NCBI GenBank assembly: GCA_001784285.1 | Contig: MFQC01000008.1 | Location: 90,599-154,598, forward strand | Direction of reading: 5' to 3' | Length of the DNA: 64,000 nucleotides | DNA from: Candidatus Magasanikbacteria bacterium RIFCSPHIGHO2_02_FULL_48_18 | GTDB taxonomy: Bacteria > Patescibacteriota > Patescibacteriia > Magasanikbacterales > UBA922 | Shown: one piece after another, positions 9,500 through 20,445 of the stretch | How positions within the stretch are numbered: position 1 is the first letter of the stretch | Layout of the letters: the number at the start of each line of letters is the position of its first letter | Notes under the pieces: generated by a model | What the model saw: only the letters and a program-made list of their open reading frames with translations | The model's database searches: none | What the model was told of the DNA's origin: nothing | Translations under genes and position numbers: made by a program

Positions 9500-9572
9500 T
9501 GGACCAGAGGAGATTCGAACTCCTGACCTCCGCCGTGCAAGGGCGGCGCTCTACCAACTAAGCTACTGGCCC
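9500..9572 (-). tRNA. tRNA-Ala (TGC)
   Basis: GGGCCAGTAGCTTAG...CCGCC-CTTGCAC-GGCGG...GTTCGAATC; G3:U70 pair. Confidence 0.95.
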
Positions 9573-9646
9573 TTTGTTTTCTCAATCACGAAAAAAATGC
9601 GAGACTATCATATCAATCCACCCCCTTTCTGTCAAGAAGAAATATC

Positions 9647-11386
9647 TTATTCAACGCCAACCGTAAATCGCAATTTCATTTCTTCTTTTTGTTCTTTGCG
9701 CAAAAGATCGAAACGCCTTTTGGTCCACGGTATTTCTTGCAAGACGCCGGAAATCCAGCTCCCTCCAAGGAGGTGAGGCATCATCACATAATCGGCTCCG
9801 GCGTGATACAGCTCTTCCAAGTAGGAATTATGATACAAATTTGCCACAATGCGCGTGCGTTTTGAACGATCGCGAATATATTTGATGAGCGTGAGTTGAT
9901 CGTCGGCCTCCGGAATGGTGGAAATGACAAGTTTTGCCTTCTCAAGCGGCAAGGACTCCAAAAATTCCACGTCCGCGGCGTCGCCAAAAAAAGCGGGAAT
10001 GCCGCGGCGATGCAACTTGGCAATGGCATCCGGATTAAAATCAATCACGCAAAATGATATTCGTTTTTGCTTCAATGCCTCGCATACTTTCCATCCGATA
10101 CGATGATATCCAAACACAAACACCTCAAAGATGTTTGTTTCGTCCTTTTCTTGTTGCGCATGATCTTTGCCAAACGCATTCAAAAATGGCATGACCTTGC
10201 GGTACAGCGCTTCGTTATATTCAATAAGGTAGGAAGAAATAATAATGGTGATGAGAGCGACAATGGTCAAAATCGCCAATTCCACGTCCTGAAGATAGCC
10301 AATTTCTTTTCCTTTAAAGGCGAGAATAAATCCAAATTCGCTGATTTGCGCGGCAGTGATGCCGGCAAGAAACGCGTTGCGCCGCGTATAATGGAGCCGC
10401 CGCATGACAAAGTACAAAATCAAAGGATCGGCGACAATCACAAACCCTGCCAAAATAAGTCCCGGGGCCAGTGCACGGCCAAGATCTGCGACCTGGAGTT
10501 CGCTTCCCAAAACAATAAAAAACAAAACAATAAAAAAATCCCGAAGCGGCCGAATACGGCTGCTAATCTGGCGCTGATATTGAGACGCTCCGAGCGAAAC
10601 ACCGGCAACCACGGCTCCGATTTCAATGCTAAAGCCCGACCAATACACCAGGCTTGCGATGCCAAAACACCAGGCGATGGTAAAGATGAACAGCAACTCG
10701 CCGGAACGCGCCACGCGATCCATCAAAAACGGCAATACAAATTTGGCCATGAGAATAACAACACCCACAAGCAGTATACCTTTCCCCAGCGTTTCCAAAA
10801 CCGAAAAGTACCATGACGCGCCCTGGGCCGACGACGTGTTGAGAAAAATCATGATGCAGACCGCAATAATATCTTGAATGAGGAGAAGCCCAATAATATA
10901 CCGCCCATAGACCGTCTCAAGATCTTTTTTTCCGGCCAATAGTTTAATAACAATGATGGTGCTCGAAAACGTGATGGCAACGGCGACAAAAAGGGATGAC
11001 ACAACAGAAAACCCCATAAACCGCATAAAGAAAAAACCCACGCTTGCGGTGATCAAAAATTGAAATGTGCCCCCGATAAAGACGGCCTTTCCAACTTTTT
11101 TGACATACTGCACATTCAAACTCAATCCGACAACAAACAACAACAGAACAATGCCGAGCTGGGCAAATGCCTCAAAAAACGCTTCATCTGCGTCAATGAC
11201 TCCCAAAAAAAGAGGGCCGGCAATAAGACCGGCGACAATATAGGCCACCATGAGAGGCTGGCGAAGCAACCGAACCACAAACGCAATGGAAACCGTGAGC
11301 CCGAGGAGAATGCTAATTTGAAGAAAGATATTATCAATCACAGACAAAAAAATACGCCGTTCGAAGGAAGTATACCAAAAAATCAT
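9647..11386 (-). CDS. Kef-type CPA2 cation:proton antiporter with TrkA-N domain
   Basis: Many TM helices, FSSTIIVIK and QISEF motifs, C-terminal VFGYHRIG/FGDA Rossmann domain; start may be GTG 11341. Confidence 0.9.
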   Translation of the reverse strand: MIFWYTSFERRIFLSVIDNIFLQISILLGLTVSIAFVVRLLRQPLMVAYIVAGLIAGPLFLGVIDADEAFFEAFAQLGIVLLLFVVGLSLNVQYVKKVGKAVFIGGTFQFLITASVGFFFMRFMGFSVVSSLFVAVAITFSSTIIVIKLLAGKKDLETVYGRYIIGLLLIQDIIAVCIMIFLNTSSAQGASWYFSVLETLGKGILLVGVVILMAKFVLPFLMDRVARSGELLFIFTIAWCFGIASLVYWSGFSIEIGAVVAGVSLGASQYQRQISSRIRPLRDFFIVLFFIVLGSELQVADLGRALAPGLILAGFVIVADPLILYFVMRRLHYTRRNAFLAGITAAQISEFGFILAFKGKEIGYLQDVELAILTIVALITIIISSYLIEYNEALYRKVMPFLNAFGKDHAQQEKDETNIFEVFVFGYHRIGWKVCEALKQKRISFCVIDFNPDAIAKLHRRGIPAFFGDAADVEFLESLPLEKAKLVISTIPEADDQLTLIKYIRDRSKRTRIVANLYHNSYLEELYHAGADYVMMPHLLGGSWISGVLQEIPWTKRRFDLLRKEQKEEMKLRFTVGVE

Positions 11387-11425
11387 TTCTCTGTCGTGAG
11401 ACAGGCGGTCTCTCGCGTCTTTTTC

Positions 11426-14400
11426 TCATTCGCGTTTTTTTCGTATGATGCCAAGAAATACGACCCCCGCGCCTTGTATGATCCGTTTTACCGCCGCACC
11501 TCGAAAATGCAAAACAGCCGCGAGACCAAGAGAAAGAACGCCGCTTGCCAGAGCCGTACCGTATGATGACCCGGCATCATTTCCCGGAGCAAATGTTTGA
11601 ACAGCCAAAAAATCTTCTGTCTTTTCTGCCGCTTCTTCTTCATCATAAAAATCAATATCATCCAAAGAGCGAGGGAGCAAACGATATCCGGATTTGGTTT
11701 GGCTCACAACGCCAACCACCGAAACCGATTGGCCCGCGCGGATGTCTTTTCGCACAATGCCGGTTTCTTTTTTGATTGCAACCACGATTTCTCCTGTACC
11801 GTCGTCTACAATAATCGTGGAGCCGTTGCTTTCGGTGACATCTCCTTCAACTCGCGCGAGTCCTCCTTCAAAGGTTTCACCAATGTCGATAATGGGAACC
11901 GCGTCCGGATTGGGCGGAGCGAGGACGCCAATTTTTTCAATATCCGTTTCCTCGGCCACTTTGATCCGCGTTTCTCCCTGGATCTCAGATAATTCTCCGG
12001 ACACATTCACCAAATCGCCAACCGCAAGCTCTGGAAATTTTTTTGCGTGTTGATACACCTGCACCCCGCCCTGCTGTACTCCGTCGGCGATATTCACATC
12101 CATAATATACAAATACTGCGATCCCAAAATACCGGGCAACACAATAACGACTCCCTGCACGCGCACGCGATCGCCAATCTCGTACTCACGAATTTGTTCG
12201 AGTGTGGTATCAATACCGGAAAGCGGCACCGGGCCGCCCGATACGTTTGAGTTTGACACAGAAACCGACTGAAATACATTTTTAAATTCCGGCGTACTCT
12301 CCATGGTCCATGACCATTTTCCGTTTTCATCTGCCGCGTAAGACGCGCCTTCGGGCGGGCGGTCATACAACACTTCCTCTGCAACCGATCCATCCGGAAA
12401 AAACAACCGAACCGCGTCGGCATCGTTGTTGAGCGCTATTTTTGTGTCTCTTCGCTCAAAAACGATGTAGGACAGCGGATCAATCATGGTTCCTTCGGGA
12501 AAGACATATACCTGCGATCCGCCGTCTTCGTCGTCCAGAGCAAACCCGGAAATATCAACGGTCGAGGTGGAAAAATTGGCAAGTTCAATAAATTCTTCTT
12601 CATCAGAACCAATAGGGTTGGGAAGAAATTCGGAAATATGAACCATTACAGAAAATGAACTGGACGACTGCTGTTCACTCTTTGAAGAAATGCTCTTTTC
12701 TGCCGGTTGCGCTATTGAAAAAACATTTGATTTTCCCGGCGTCGGCGTTGCTGTCCAAAGCCACTCGTCGTCCGTATCAATGGAATAACTTTGCGCTTCC
12801 GGCGCAGGCCCGGAATACGCAACCGATTGAGCAATTACTCCTGTCGGTGACCGCAGACTAACCGTATCGCCGTCCCCATTATTGAGCACAATGCCGGTGA
12901 TATCGTTCGACAGAAGCAAAAAACTTTTTGCCGCAATGGTGGTTGTGGAAAAAGAAAATAATTTTCCCGATGCATCAACCAATGACCACCCGGAAAGATT
13001 TGCCGCCGCGGATGATGGATTATACAATTCAATAAATTCTTGCCCGCTGTCGTTGCCGTGCGGGTTGGGAAAAACTTCGCTCATAATGACCGGAGTTGTG
13101 GACGCCGCGGCGGTAGGGATAGATAAGAGAGACGGCGACGCCGTTGGCAAAATAACGATATTGACTGACCCCTTGGTAACAATGGTTGTCACGGCAAAAT
13201 CCGCGCTATCGGCATTGGTATCTTTTCCATCTCCAATACGAGCCAAGCTCCAGGGGTCGTCTGCTTTTGGCGCGTTATCCGACACATTCCCGTCATTCCA
13301 TGATCCGTAACAAACCCGGTCAATTTCTTTCCCGGTCGGATCCATAAGTCGAAGCAAATCGCCGGCATTATTCAAGCTTCCTTTCGGCTCTGCAAGAACA
13401 AAAAATTCATGCCCCCCAACCGAACCCTTCAACAGTGTTTTTGCCGTGCTTCCGTCTTCAGCCCACCAGCCATCGAGCATAATCGCCGCATTGTTTGGAT
13501 TATAAAATTCGACAAATTCTTCAGCTCCGTCCGCGGGATCGGACACCAATTCATTAATACGAATATCTCCAGGCTGAAAGCTGACTATATTCCCGAGAGA
13601 TCCGGTATTCCCCGAAGCGGGCGGTGGATTTTGCGCCGGAGATTCTAAATTTGTTTGCGGCGGGGCCACAATACTATTTGGCGCGCCCTTGGTCGGCGTT
13701 GTCGTGATGGCAAAGTCGGCTGAGTCGTTATTGGTATCCGCGCCATCCGCAATGCGGGCAACCGAATACGGATCGCCCGCGACCGGCGCAGTGACTGCTG
13801 TTGAAGATGCCACGTCCCCGAACACGCCATACGTCACGCTATCCGCCACCATTCCGCTTGGATCGGTAAACTGAATGCTGTCGCCCGCATTATTGAGCTT
13901 ATTGAACATTTCAAAAACGACAAATCCATTTCCTTCAATGGTCGTGGTCGGCGAGACAAGAACGCCGGCGCCATCGTGAATTTGCCATCCTATAAGGTCG
14001 GCGTCCGATGTTCCGGTATTGTATAGTTCAATCCATTCTTTTTCTCCGGATACGGGGTCGGAAACAAATTCATTGATGATAATAGCGGGAACGCCTTTAC
14101 TCGCCTCGCCACCATCAGCCGTGTCGGCGGGCGTACTTTCTTTTTTTGGCAATAATTGGGGCTTCCCGTATACGACCAAATTTTTTGACGCGACAGCCAT
14201 CGCGCCATGAACGTCACTCACCATAAGAGTCGCGACTATTTTGGCTGAGACGGAAAAAGTGTGAAAGACCGTACCCCCGCTGTCCTTTTGTCCATCGCCA
14301 AAATCCCAAGCGTATGAAAGCGCATCGCCGTCCGGATCGGTTGATGCGGACGCGTTGAAAAGAACAGGGTGATCCACCAAAAGAAGGCTTGGATACACGG

Positions 14401-15151
14401 AAAAAGAAGCGGCCGGCGGCTGATTGGCCAAAATCGGATCATTCGGCGCGTCCTGAAGAGGCGGTTCTTCAGCCGGTTCCGCCGTATTTTGCGGCAAAGA
14501 CCCGGGGTCGGCCTGGGGGGCTGGTTCGGATGCCGGAGCCTCTTCAGGTTTGGTCTCTTCGGGCGGAGATTCGGATTGAGATTCTGCCGTCCAATAGTTT
14601 ATATCCCCCACAGTCGCCCCCGAAGGATGTTCTTTCCAATTTTGTGCGGAATAATCCGCCAAAGAAAGATCAATTCGCTCAAGCGACCCATTTCCTGTTA
14701 TGCCCATATATGAAAATACTTCAATAAACGCGTTACTTCCCACGCCGGACTTGAGACCGATTTCTTCTCCGGTTTTTTTCAATCCAGTTGTCCAGGAGCT
14801 GTCAAAAACCGTTACGGTTTGATTGGTTGGGTATGCGGTCAAAAATGCCTGGCTGTTTTCTGCAATCAGCGCATATTCGCCGGGGTCGAGCGTGGCGTCA
14901 TTGCCTTGTACAAGGGTAAGGCTGTGATTTGTTTGATCTTCCCAAAATTTCCAGCCGTTTATGTCAACCGGCGCTCCACCGATATTGACAATCTCGATCC
15001 ATTGTTCGCTTTTTTGCGCGACGCAGGCGGTGGGACAAATTTCGGTAATCACGACCCCTTGTCCGTCTCCTCTTGCCAAAGACGGAAATAAAAAAACACT
15101 CCCGAGGATGACAAACCCAAAGAGTGTATTCAAAAACGAATGCGTTTTCAT
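11426..15151 (-). CDS. Large surface protein: five lamin-tail domains, PKD domain, C-terminal OB folds, TM anchor
   Basis: Signal peptide; repeated I(N/S/T)E..P..EWIE/EFIELYN LTD motifs; ASTDPDGDALSYAWDFGDG (PKD); VDDGTGEI OB-fold; C-terminal hydrophobic helix plus basic tail. Confidence 0.85.
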   Translation of the reverse strand: MKTHSFLNTLFGFVILGSVFLFPSLARGDGQGVVITEICPTACVAQKSEQWIEIVNIGGAPVDINGWKFWEDQTNHSLTLVQGNDATLDPGEYALIAENSQAFLTAYPTNQTVTVFDSSWTTGLKKTGEEIGLKSGVGSNAFIEVFSYMGITGNGSLERIDLSLADYSAQNWKEHPSGATVGDINYWTAESQSESPPEETKPEEAPASEPAPQADPGSLPQNTAEPAEEPPLQDAPNDPILANQPPAASFSVYPSLLLVDHPVLFNASASTDPDGDALSYAWDFGDGQKDSGGTVFHTFSVSAKIVATLMVSDVHGAMAVASKNLVVYGKPQLLPKKESTPADTADGGEASKGVPAIIINEFVSDPVSGEKEWIELYNTGTSDADLIGWQIHDGAGVLVSPTTTIEGNGFVVFEMFNKLNNAGDSIQFTDPSGMVADSVTYGVFGDVASSTAVTAPVAGDPYSVARIADGADTNNDSADFAITTTPTKGAPNSIVAPPQTNLESPAQNPPPASGNTGSLGNIVSFQPGDIRINELVSDPADGAEEFVEFYNPNNAAIMLDGWWAEDGSTAKTLLKGSVGGHEFFVLAEPKGSLNNAGDLLRLMDPTGKEIDRVCYGSWNDGNVSDNAPKADDPWSLARIGDGKDTNADSADFAVTTIVTKGSVNIVILPTASPSLLSIPTAAASTTPVIMSEVFPNPHGNDSGQEFIELYNPSSAAANLSGWSLVDASGKLFSFSTTTIAAKSFLLLSNDITGIVLNNGDGDTVSLRSPTGVIAQSVAYSGPAPEAQSYSIDTDDEWLWTATPTPGKSNVFSIAQPAEKSISSKSEQQSSSSFSVMVHISEFLPNPIGSDEEEFIELANFSTSTVDISGFALDDEDGGSQVYVFPEGTMIDPLSYIVFERRDTKIALNNDADAVRLFFPDGSVAEEVLYDRPPEGASYAADENGKWSWTMESTPEFKNVFQSVSVSNSNVSGGPVPLSGIDTTLEQIREYEIGDRVRVQGVVIVLPGILGSQYLYIMDVNIADGVQQGGVQVYQHAKKFPELAVGDLVNVSGELSEIQGETRIKVAEETDIEKIGVLAPPNPDAVPIIDIGETFEGGLARVEGDVTESNGSTIIVDDGTGEIVVAIKKETGIVRKDIRAGQSVSVVGVVSQTKSGYRLLPRSLDDIDFYDEEEAAEKTEDFLAVQTFAPGNDAGSSYGTALASGVLSLGLAAVLHFRGAAVKRIIQGAGVVFLGIIRKKRE

Positions 15152-15248
15152 ATCCCCCCTTGTTAAAAATGAAAATGAAACAATGTTCTTTCTCTATTGT
15201 ATACAAATTTTCCGCACTGTCCACCAAAACACCTGTGGACAATTACGT

Positions 15249-15815
15249 TTAAAATATCTCCATCTCCACCCACTTCACGCCAAGTTTTTTTGCCTCTTCT
15301 TTAGTATCCACCAAGACATCAATGCGCGCCTGGCCGTTGTATCGAGCGTTCATGCGGTCGCGCACAACCAGCATCTTATCGCCGGTCAATTCCGGCAATC
15401 GAACTGCAGTGCCAAAGCGCAAAAAATTGGCGGCAATGGTATTGTGGAATCCGGTTTTTTCGCGAAGCGCGCAGAGGTCCTCTCCATTTGCCGGAATACA
15501 CGGAGTCGCGTCCGTTTGGGCGGGATCCAACGAATAAAAGGTCGCCAAGACCCACATGGTTCGACGCGGCTTTCGCTCTTCGGCAACTGGAAATGTTTCC
15601 TTTGGCGCCTGTTCGGTTTCATTTTGCAACAAGAAAGAAACCCCCTGTGTCAGTGGATATTCCTCAAATGAGGACAATACATTGACCACCACTTCTTTCG
15701 TCGATGCATCAACCGCCTGGGTTGGCACCATAGCCACGATCACAGAGAAGACAAGACCCAGGGCGACAACTTGTTCAAATATGGTATATATATTTTGTTT
15801 TTTGAGTATCATCAT
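15249..15815 (-). CDS. 3D-domain cell-wall protein
   Basis: ATFYS..QTDATPCIPANG, IAANFLRFGT, VVRDRMN, RIDV; N-terminal TM helix. Confidence 0.85.
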   Translation of the reverse strand: MMILKKQNIYTIFEQVVALGLVFSVIVAMVPTQAVDASTKEVVVNVLSSFEEYPLTQGVSFLLQNETEQAPKETFPVAEERKPRRTMWVLATFYSLDPAQTDATPCIPANGEDLCALREKTGFHNTIAANFLRFGTAVRLPELTGDKMLVVRDRMNARYNGQARIDVLVDTKEEAKKLGVKWVEMEIF

Positions 15816-15991
15816 AGAAATATGGCCTGTTCATTCCGTCAGAGCTGTTGAAATACCATACCCTAGGAAAACCTAGGGTAGAAAGCACAAAATAGTGCGG
15901 CGTCATAATAGCATGCTGACGATCGTTTGTCAATATGATACAATACTATTATTGGCTGAAAAGGATAAGTTTTTGGCTAAAATAAGCAAAT

Positions 15992-18900
15992 ATGCCAATT
16001 CCGCATTTACAAAGAAGAACCTACGGTTACACCGATCCGGAGAAAAAAAAGCAGACAAGAATCTACGGCGAGGAACAACCCGAGCCGCGCCCAAAAATCA
16101 GCCGCCGCCGACGGTCAAAAACCATATTTTGGTGGTTTGGGTTGCCATTTCTCATCACTTGGCGCATTCTTTCCTTTCTTTTTGGTCTTTGGAAAAAACA
16201 TCCACGACTCAAAAAACAAACAAAACGGGCGCTCAGAAGACGCGTCCTGCGCGCCGCCGTCATTCTCACGATTGTTGGCTTTATTGTTGGAACAGGGCTT
16301 GTCGCATGGATAAGCCGGGATCTTCCCGACCCCGATCGCTTGTCCGATATCAACATCGCGCAGAGCACCAAAATATACGACCGCACCGGAGAACACCTCC
16401 TATATGAAATTTTTGCGAAAGAAAAACGGACCATCGTTGAAATGGATCAAATTCCCCAATATCTTATTGACGCGGTGGTGGCGACAGAAGACAAAAAATT
16501 TTTTGAACACCGTGGCGTGCGCCCTCTCAGCATGATTCGCGCCGTCGCCCAAGGAATTTTCACCAGAAAACGCATCAGCGCAACGTCCACCCTCACCCAA
16601 CAGTTGGTTAAAAACGTCATTCTCACGGACGAACGATCGCTCCAAAGAAAAATCAAAGAAATCATCCTCGCGATTCGTCTCGAACAAAAATATACCAAAA
16701 CACAAATACTCAAAATCTATTTTAACGCCATTCCATACGGATCAACCAACTATGGCGTCGAAGCCGCGGCCCAAAGCTATTTTGGAAAACACGTGAAAGA
16801 TATCACTCTTTCAGAGGCCGCCACACTCGCGGGGTTGCCCAAGGCGCCCACCTCGTATCTCAACAATCCGGACGCGCTCATCCGGCGAAGGAATTTTGTT
16901 CTTTTCCGAATGGAAGAAGAAAGATACATCACAAAAGGACAAAAGGAGGCCGCACAACAAGAACCGCTCGAAATCAAACAACGATACGACAATATTGACG
17001 CCCCGCATTTCGTGCTCTATGTGAGAGAATTGTTGGTGAAAGAATTTGGAGAACAATTGGTGGATACAGGCGGCCTCAAAGTGCAAACCACGCTGAATTG
17101 GGATCTCCAACACATTGCGGAAACTGTCATGGAAGAAACCGGAAACATTGTCCTCCCGGAGGCCGGCGCCAACAACTCGGCATTGGTCGCGATTGACCCA
17201 AAAACCGGAGAAGTGTTGGCCATGATCGGGTCCAAAGACTTTTTTGACGAATCCATTGATGGACAATTTAATGTGGCCGCTCACGGCAAGCGGCAACCCG
17301 GATCCTCATTCAAACCGGTGATATATGCCGCCGCATTTGAAAAGGGGTACACGCCGGAAACGGTGCTGTTTGACGTGGCAACCAATTTTGCGGTTTCCGG
17401 AAAACCGTACAAACCGCTCAACTTTGATTTGCAGGAACGGGGTCCGGTGACGATTCGCCAGGCGCTCCAAGGATCGCTAAATATTCCCGCAGTCAAAACA
17501 TTCTACCTGGTCGGAGAAAAAAACGGCATAGACTTTGCAAAACGGCTCGGCTATACCACATTTGACGAAGGAAATTTTGGGCTGTCTCTTGTTCTGGGCG
17601 GCGGCGAGGTGCGTTTGATTGAACATGTCAACGCATTTGCCACCTTTGCCAACTATGGAATGCACCACGAACCAACCACCATCCTTCGAGTGGAAAATGC
17701 CAAAGGCGACACGTTGAAAGAATGGAAAAATAAAAAAGGGGAGCGCGTCCTTGATCCGAACATCGCAAAAACCATAACCAATATATTAAGCGACGACCCT
17801 GCTCGAGCGTATATTTTTGGAGCGGGCGGTATGCTCACTCTCCCGGGGCGTCCGGTCGCGGCCAAAACAGGAACCACGAATAATTATGTTGACGCGTGGA
17901 CCGTTGGGTACACCCCGAGCCTTGCCGCGGGCGTATGGGCGGGCAATACCAACAACAGCCCCATGAAAAAAGGACACGGCGGAAACAGGGTAGCCGGAGA
18001 GCTGTGGAACGCATTTATGAAACAAGCGCTTGCCAACACTCCTGTCGAATCATTCGAGCCGCCCACGCCGTCGAATACCGACAAACCCGTCCTCAAGGGG
18101 AACAGCGGAGGCGCCATTACGCTTTTGGTTGACAAAGTCACAGGAAAAATCGCCACGAGTTCAACACCGGAAAAATATCTTGTTGAAAAAACCTATATCC
18201 AACCTCATTCCATTTTGCATTATGTCAATAAGGATGACCCGCAGGGGCCGCTGCCAGAAGACCCGGCCCAAGATTCTCAATATGCCGGATGGGAGATGGC
18301 GATACAGGAATGGATTGCCCGAAAAAAAGAAAAGGAGCCGGATTGGGATCTGAGTTTTGAAGAGCCGCCAACCGAATATGACGATCTTCATTCTTTGGAG
18401 CTTATCCCGACGCTCACCGTGATCTCTCCTGCGCCAGGAACGAGTTTTTCAACGCGACATATTGAAGCCCGCATAGAGGTCAGCGCTCCACGAGGCGTCT
18501 CTCGCGTGCTCTACAAGCTCGACAACACCTTTATTGCGGTCGTTGACGAGCATCCGTTCGCCCTCAGCTATGAGGCAGACACCATTGAATCAGGAGAACA
18601 CACGCTCACGATTATTGTGGAAGACGACGTGGGAAATCATGTGGAAGAAACCGTTCCTATTCTCTTTGATGTGGGAACGCTGATTCCGTCGGTTTCGTGG
18701 TCGGTTCCCATTGACACTCTTGCAGTAAACCAATTCCCGATAACCCTTTCTCTTGTTCCGACAAAAACAGAAGATATTATAGCGGTGTCTGTCTTCTTCC
18801 AGCCTTCGGACGGAAGCGGAGAAAAAAAACTGCTGTACACGACGAACGACCTTGCCAATCTGTTCAATAATCAAATTGCTTTTGTCTGGCCCGATGCCCC

Positions 18901-18994
18901 TGCCCCAGGGTCATGGTCGCTCACGACCCAAATCAACCTCAAAGAAGGCGCCGTTCTTTCCGGAGATTCACACACCATTATTGTGAAAGAATAA
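15992..18994 (+). CDS. Class A penicillin-binding protein (PBP1A family) with C-terminal Ig-like domains
   Basis: Transglycosylase EDKKF and STLTQQLVK motifs; transpeptidase SSFK, SLN and KTG motifs. Confidence 0.95.
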   Translation: MPIPHLQRRTYGYTDPEKKKQTRIYGEEQPEPRPKISRRRRSKTIFWWFGLPFLITWRILSFLFGLWKKHPRLKKQTKRALRRRVLRAAVILTIVGFIVGTGLVAWISRDLPDPDRLSDINIAQSTKIYDRTGEHLLYEIFAKEKRTIVEMDQIPQYLIDAVVATEDKKFFEHRGVRPLSMIRAVAQGIFTRKRISATSTLTQQLVKNVILTDERSLQRKIKEIILAIRLEQKYTKTQILKIYFNAIPYGSTNYGVEAAAQSYFGKHVKDITLSEAATLAGLPKAPTSYLNNPDALIRRRNFVLFRMEEERYITKGQKEAAQQEPLEIKQRYDNIDAPHFVLYVRELLVKEFGEQLVDTGGLKVQTTLNWDLQHIAETVMEETGNIVLPEAGANNSALVAIDPKTGEVLAMIGSKDFFDESIDGQFNVAAHGKRQPGSSFKPVIYAAAFEKGYTPETVLFDVATNFAVSGKPYKPLNFDLQERGPVTIRQALQGSLNIPAVKTFYLVGEKNGIDFAKRLGYTTFDEGNFGLSLVLGGGEVRLIEHVNAFATFANYGMHHEPTTILRVENAKGDTLKEWKNKKGERVLDPNIAKTITNILSDDPARAYIFGAGGMLTLPGRPVAAKTGTTNNYVDAWTVGYTPSLAAGVWAGNTNNSPMKKGHGGNRVAGELWNAFMKQALANTPVESFEPPTPSNTDKPVLKGNSGGAITLLVDKVTGKIATSSTPEKYLVEKTYIQPHSILHYVNKDDPQGPLPEDPAQDSQYAGWEMAIQEWIARKKEKEPDWDLSFEEPPTEYDDLHSLELIPTLTVISPAPGTSFSTRHIEARIEVSAPRGVSRVLYKLDNTFIAVVDEHPFALSYEADTIESGEHTLTIIVEDDVGNHVEETVPILFDVGTLIPSVSWSVPIDTLAVNQFPITLSLVPTKTEDIIAVSVFFQPSDGSGEKKLLYTTNDLANLFNNQIAFVWPDAPAPGSWSLTTQINLKEGAVLSGDSHTIIVKE

Positions 18995-19027
18995 AAAGAG
19001 CCCCGATGGCTATCGGGGTTCTTTTTT
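18995..19027. terminator. Bidirectional terminator between PBP1A and dnaN
   Basis: AAAGAGCCCCGAT-GGCT-ATCGGGGTTCTTTTTT. Confidence 0.8.
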
Positions 19028-19059
19028 GGATGAATTTTGACGAACGCGCGGCAAAAAAA

Positions 19060-20190
19060 TTATTGCCGGATAGGCATGACGATATACACATAGTCGTGCG
19101 ATGATTTTGGACGAAACAAACAGGGCGACTCAGCACTATTCACACAAAACTCAACGTCCCCGTCACCCATGTGCTGGACGCCGTCGATAACATACTTATG
19201 ATTGAGCAGAATTGAATTTTCTTCTCCCCGAACGTCCGCGTCAATTTCCGAGGTGTGCTCTCCGGTCTGGGTGCTGGTAGACGAAATACCAACCGTTTTT
19301 TCTTCCACATTCAAATCAAACGCAACCGCGTTCACTCCGGTTGTGGTAAATAAACTTGCCGCCTTGATTCGTTTGATAAAAACATCGGCCGGAAACGTTG
19401 CCGTCGTTTTGAACGAGGCTGGAATAATTTGTTCGTAATCCGGATACGCGCCGTCAATGAGCCGGCTCACCATTTCGCACTGCTCAAACCGAAGCGCTAT
19501 CTGATTGGCGCTCACAAACAAATGGATATCTTGTTCTCCCCCATCTTCCTTGAGGACCAGCAAAAGACGAATCATCTCGGATGCTGTTTTTGCCGGGACA
19601 ATGCAGTTGACGGCGTTTGTGCCCTGAGACACCACAGCGCGCTTTTCCGCCAGCCGATACGAGTCTGTCGCGGCCAAAAGCAATCCATCGTATGATGGAG
19701 AAAAAAAACGGAAACAGATGCCGGACAATTCCGGCCGAATTTCATTTTTTGCAACAGCCACAATCGTTTTTGCAAGAGCATCGCGATACAGGCTTGCGTT
19801 TATTTGATATTCAGTGCCCTCTTCAATGTGCGGTATCACCGGAAATTCCTCGGCGCTTGTTCCTTTTATTTTTGTGCTCGAGTTTCCGCAGGTGAGATGC
19901 AGTTCGTTATCGCGGAGTTCCAAAACAACCTGCTCCTCCAAAAGAAGCCGCACAAAGTCGGTAATCGTTTTTGCTGGCACGGTAAACGATCCCTCTTGTT
20001 CAATCTTTGCCCGAACCGTCATGTGTATTGCAATCTCAAGATCGGTCGCAATAAGCGCCACGCGGGACGCTGTTGCCTCAATAAAAATATTGGAAAGAAT
20101 GGGAAGATGGCTTTGTCTGTTCGCAACACCGCTCACCCCATCGAGAGCATGGGAAAGGTTTTCCCTTGTGCACGTAAACTTCATAATCAA
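19060..20190 (-). CDS. dnaN: DNA polymerase III beta clamp
   Basis: ATDLE, RPELSG, ATDSYRL, GAYPDY, VMPIR motifs; follows dnaA. Confidence 0.97.
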   Translation of the reverse strand: MIMKFTCTRENLSHALDGVSGVANRQSHLPILSNIFIEATASRVALIATDLEIAIHMTVRAKIEQEGSFTVPAKTITDFVRLLLEEQVVLELRDNELHLTCGNSSTKIKGTSAEEFPVIPHIEEGTEYQINASLYRDALAKTIVAVAKNEIRPELSGICFRFFSPSYDGLLLAATDSYRLAEKRAVVSQGTNAVNCIVPAKTASEMIRLLLVLKEDGGEQDIHLFVSANQIALRFEQCEMVSRLIDGAYPDYEQIIPASFKTTATFPADVFIKRIKAASLFTTTGVNAVAFDLNVEEKTVGISSTSTQTGEHTSEIDADVRGEENSILLNHKYVIDGVQHMGDGDVEFCVNSAESPCLFRPKSSHDYVYIVMPIRQ

Positions 20191-20445
20191 ATAAATAAAT
20201 GAAATAATTATTGATTGATGGTTATTAGGGGGTGTGAATAGGGGGGATAAGTGTTATTTTTCTTTTTGTTGGGCCGTGTTTATGGTGTATATTTTTTTTG
20301 AAATGTGTTGTGTATTTGTGTTTTGTTTGTGTTTTGGTGTGTATGAATTTTTTCTTTTCTTTTTTGTTTGTGTATATGTTTCATTGTGTGGGGACACGTA
20401 TGGGATAATTGTCTGTGCGCAGAAGGAGACATCCACAGGCTGTCC
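20191..20445. other. Probable replication origin (oriC unwinding region)
   Basis: dnaA-dnaN spacer, very T-rich; tandem DnaA-box-like TGTGAATAG (20233-41) and GGGGGATAA (20242-50), then a G-run and an AT-rich stretch toward dnaN. Confidence 0.75.
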
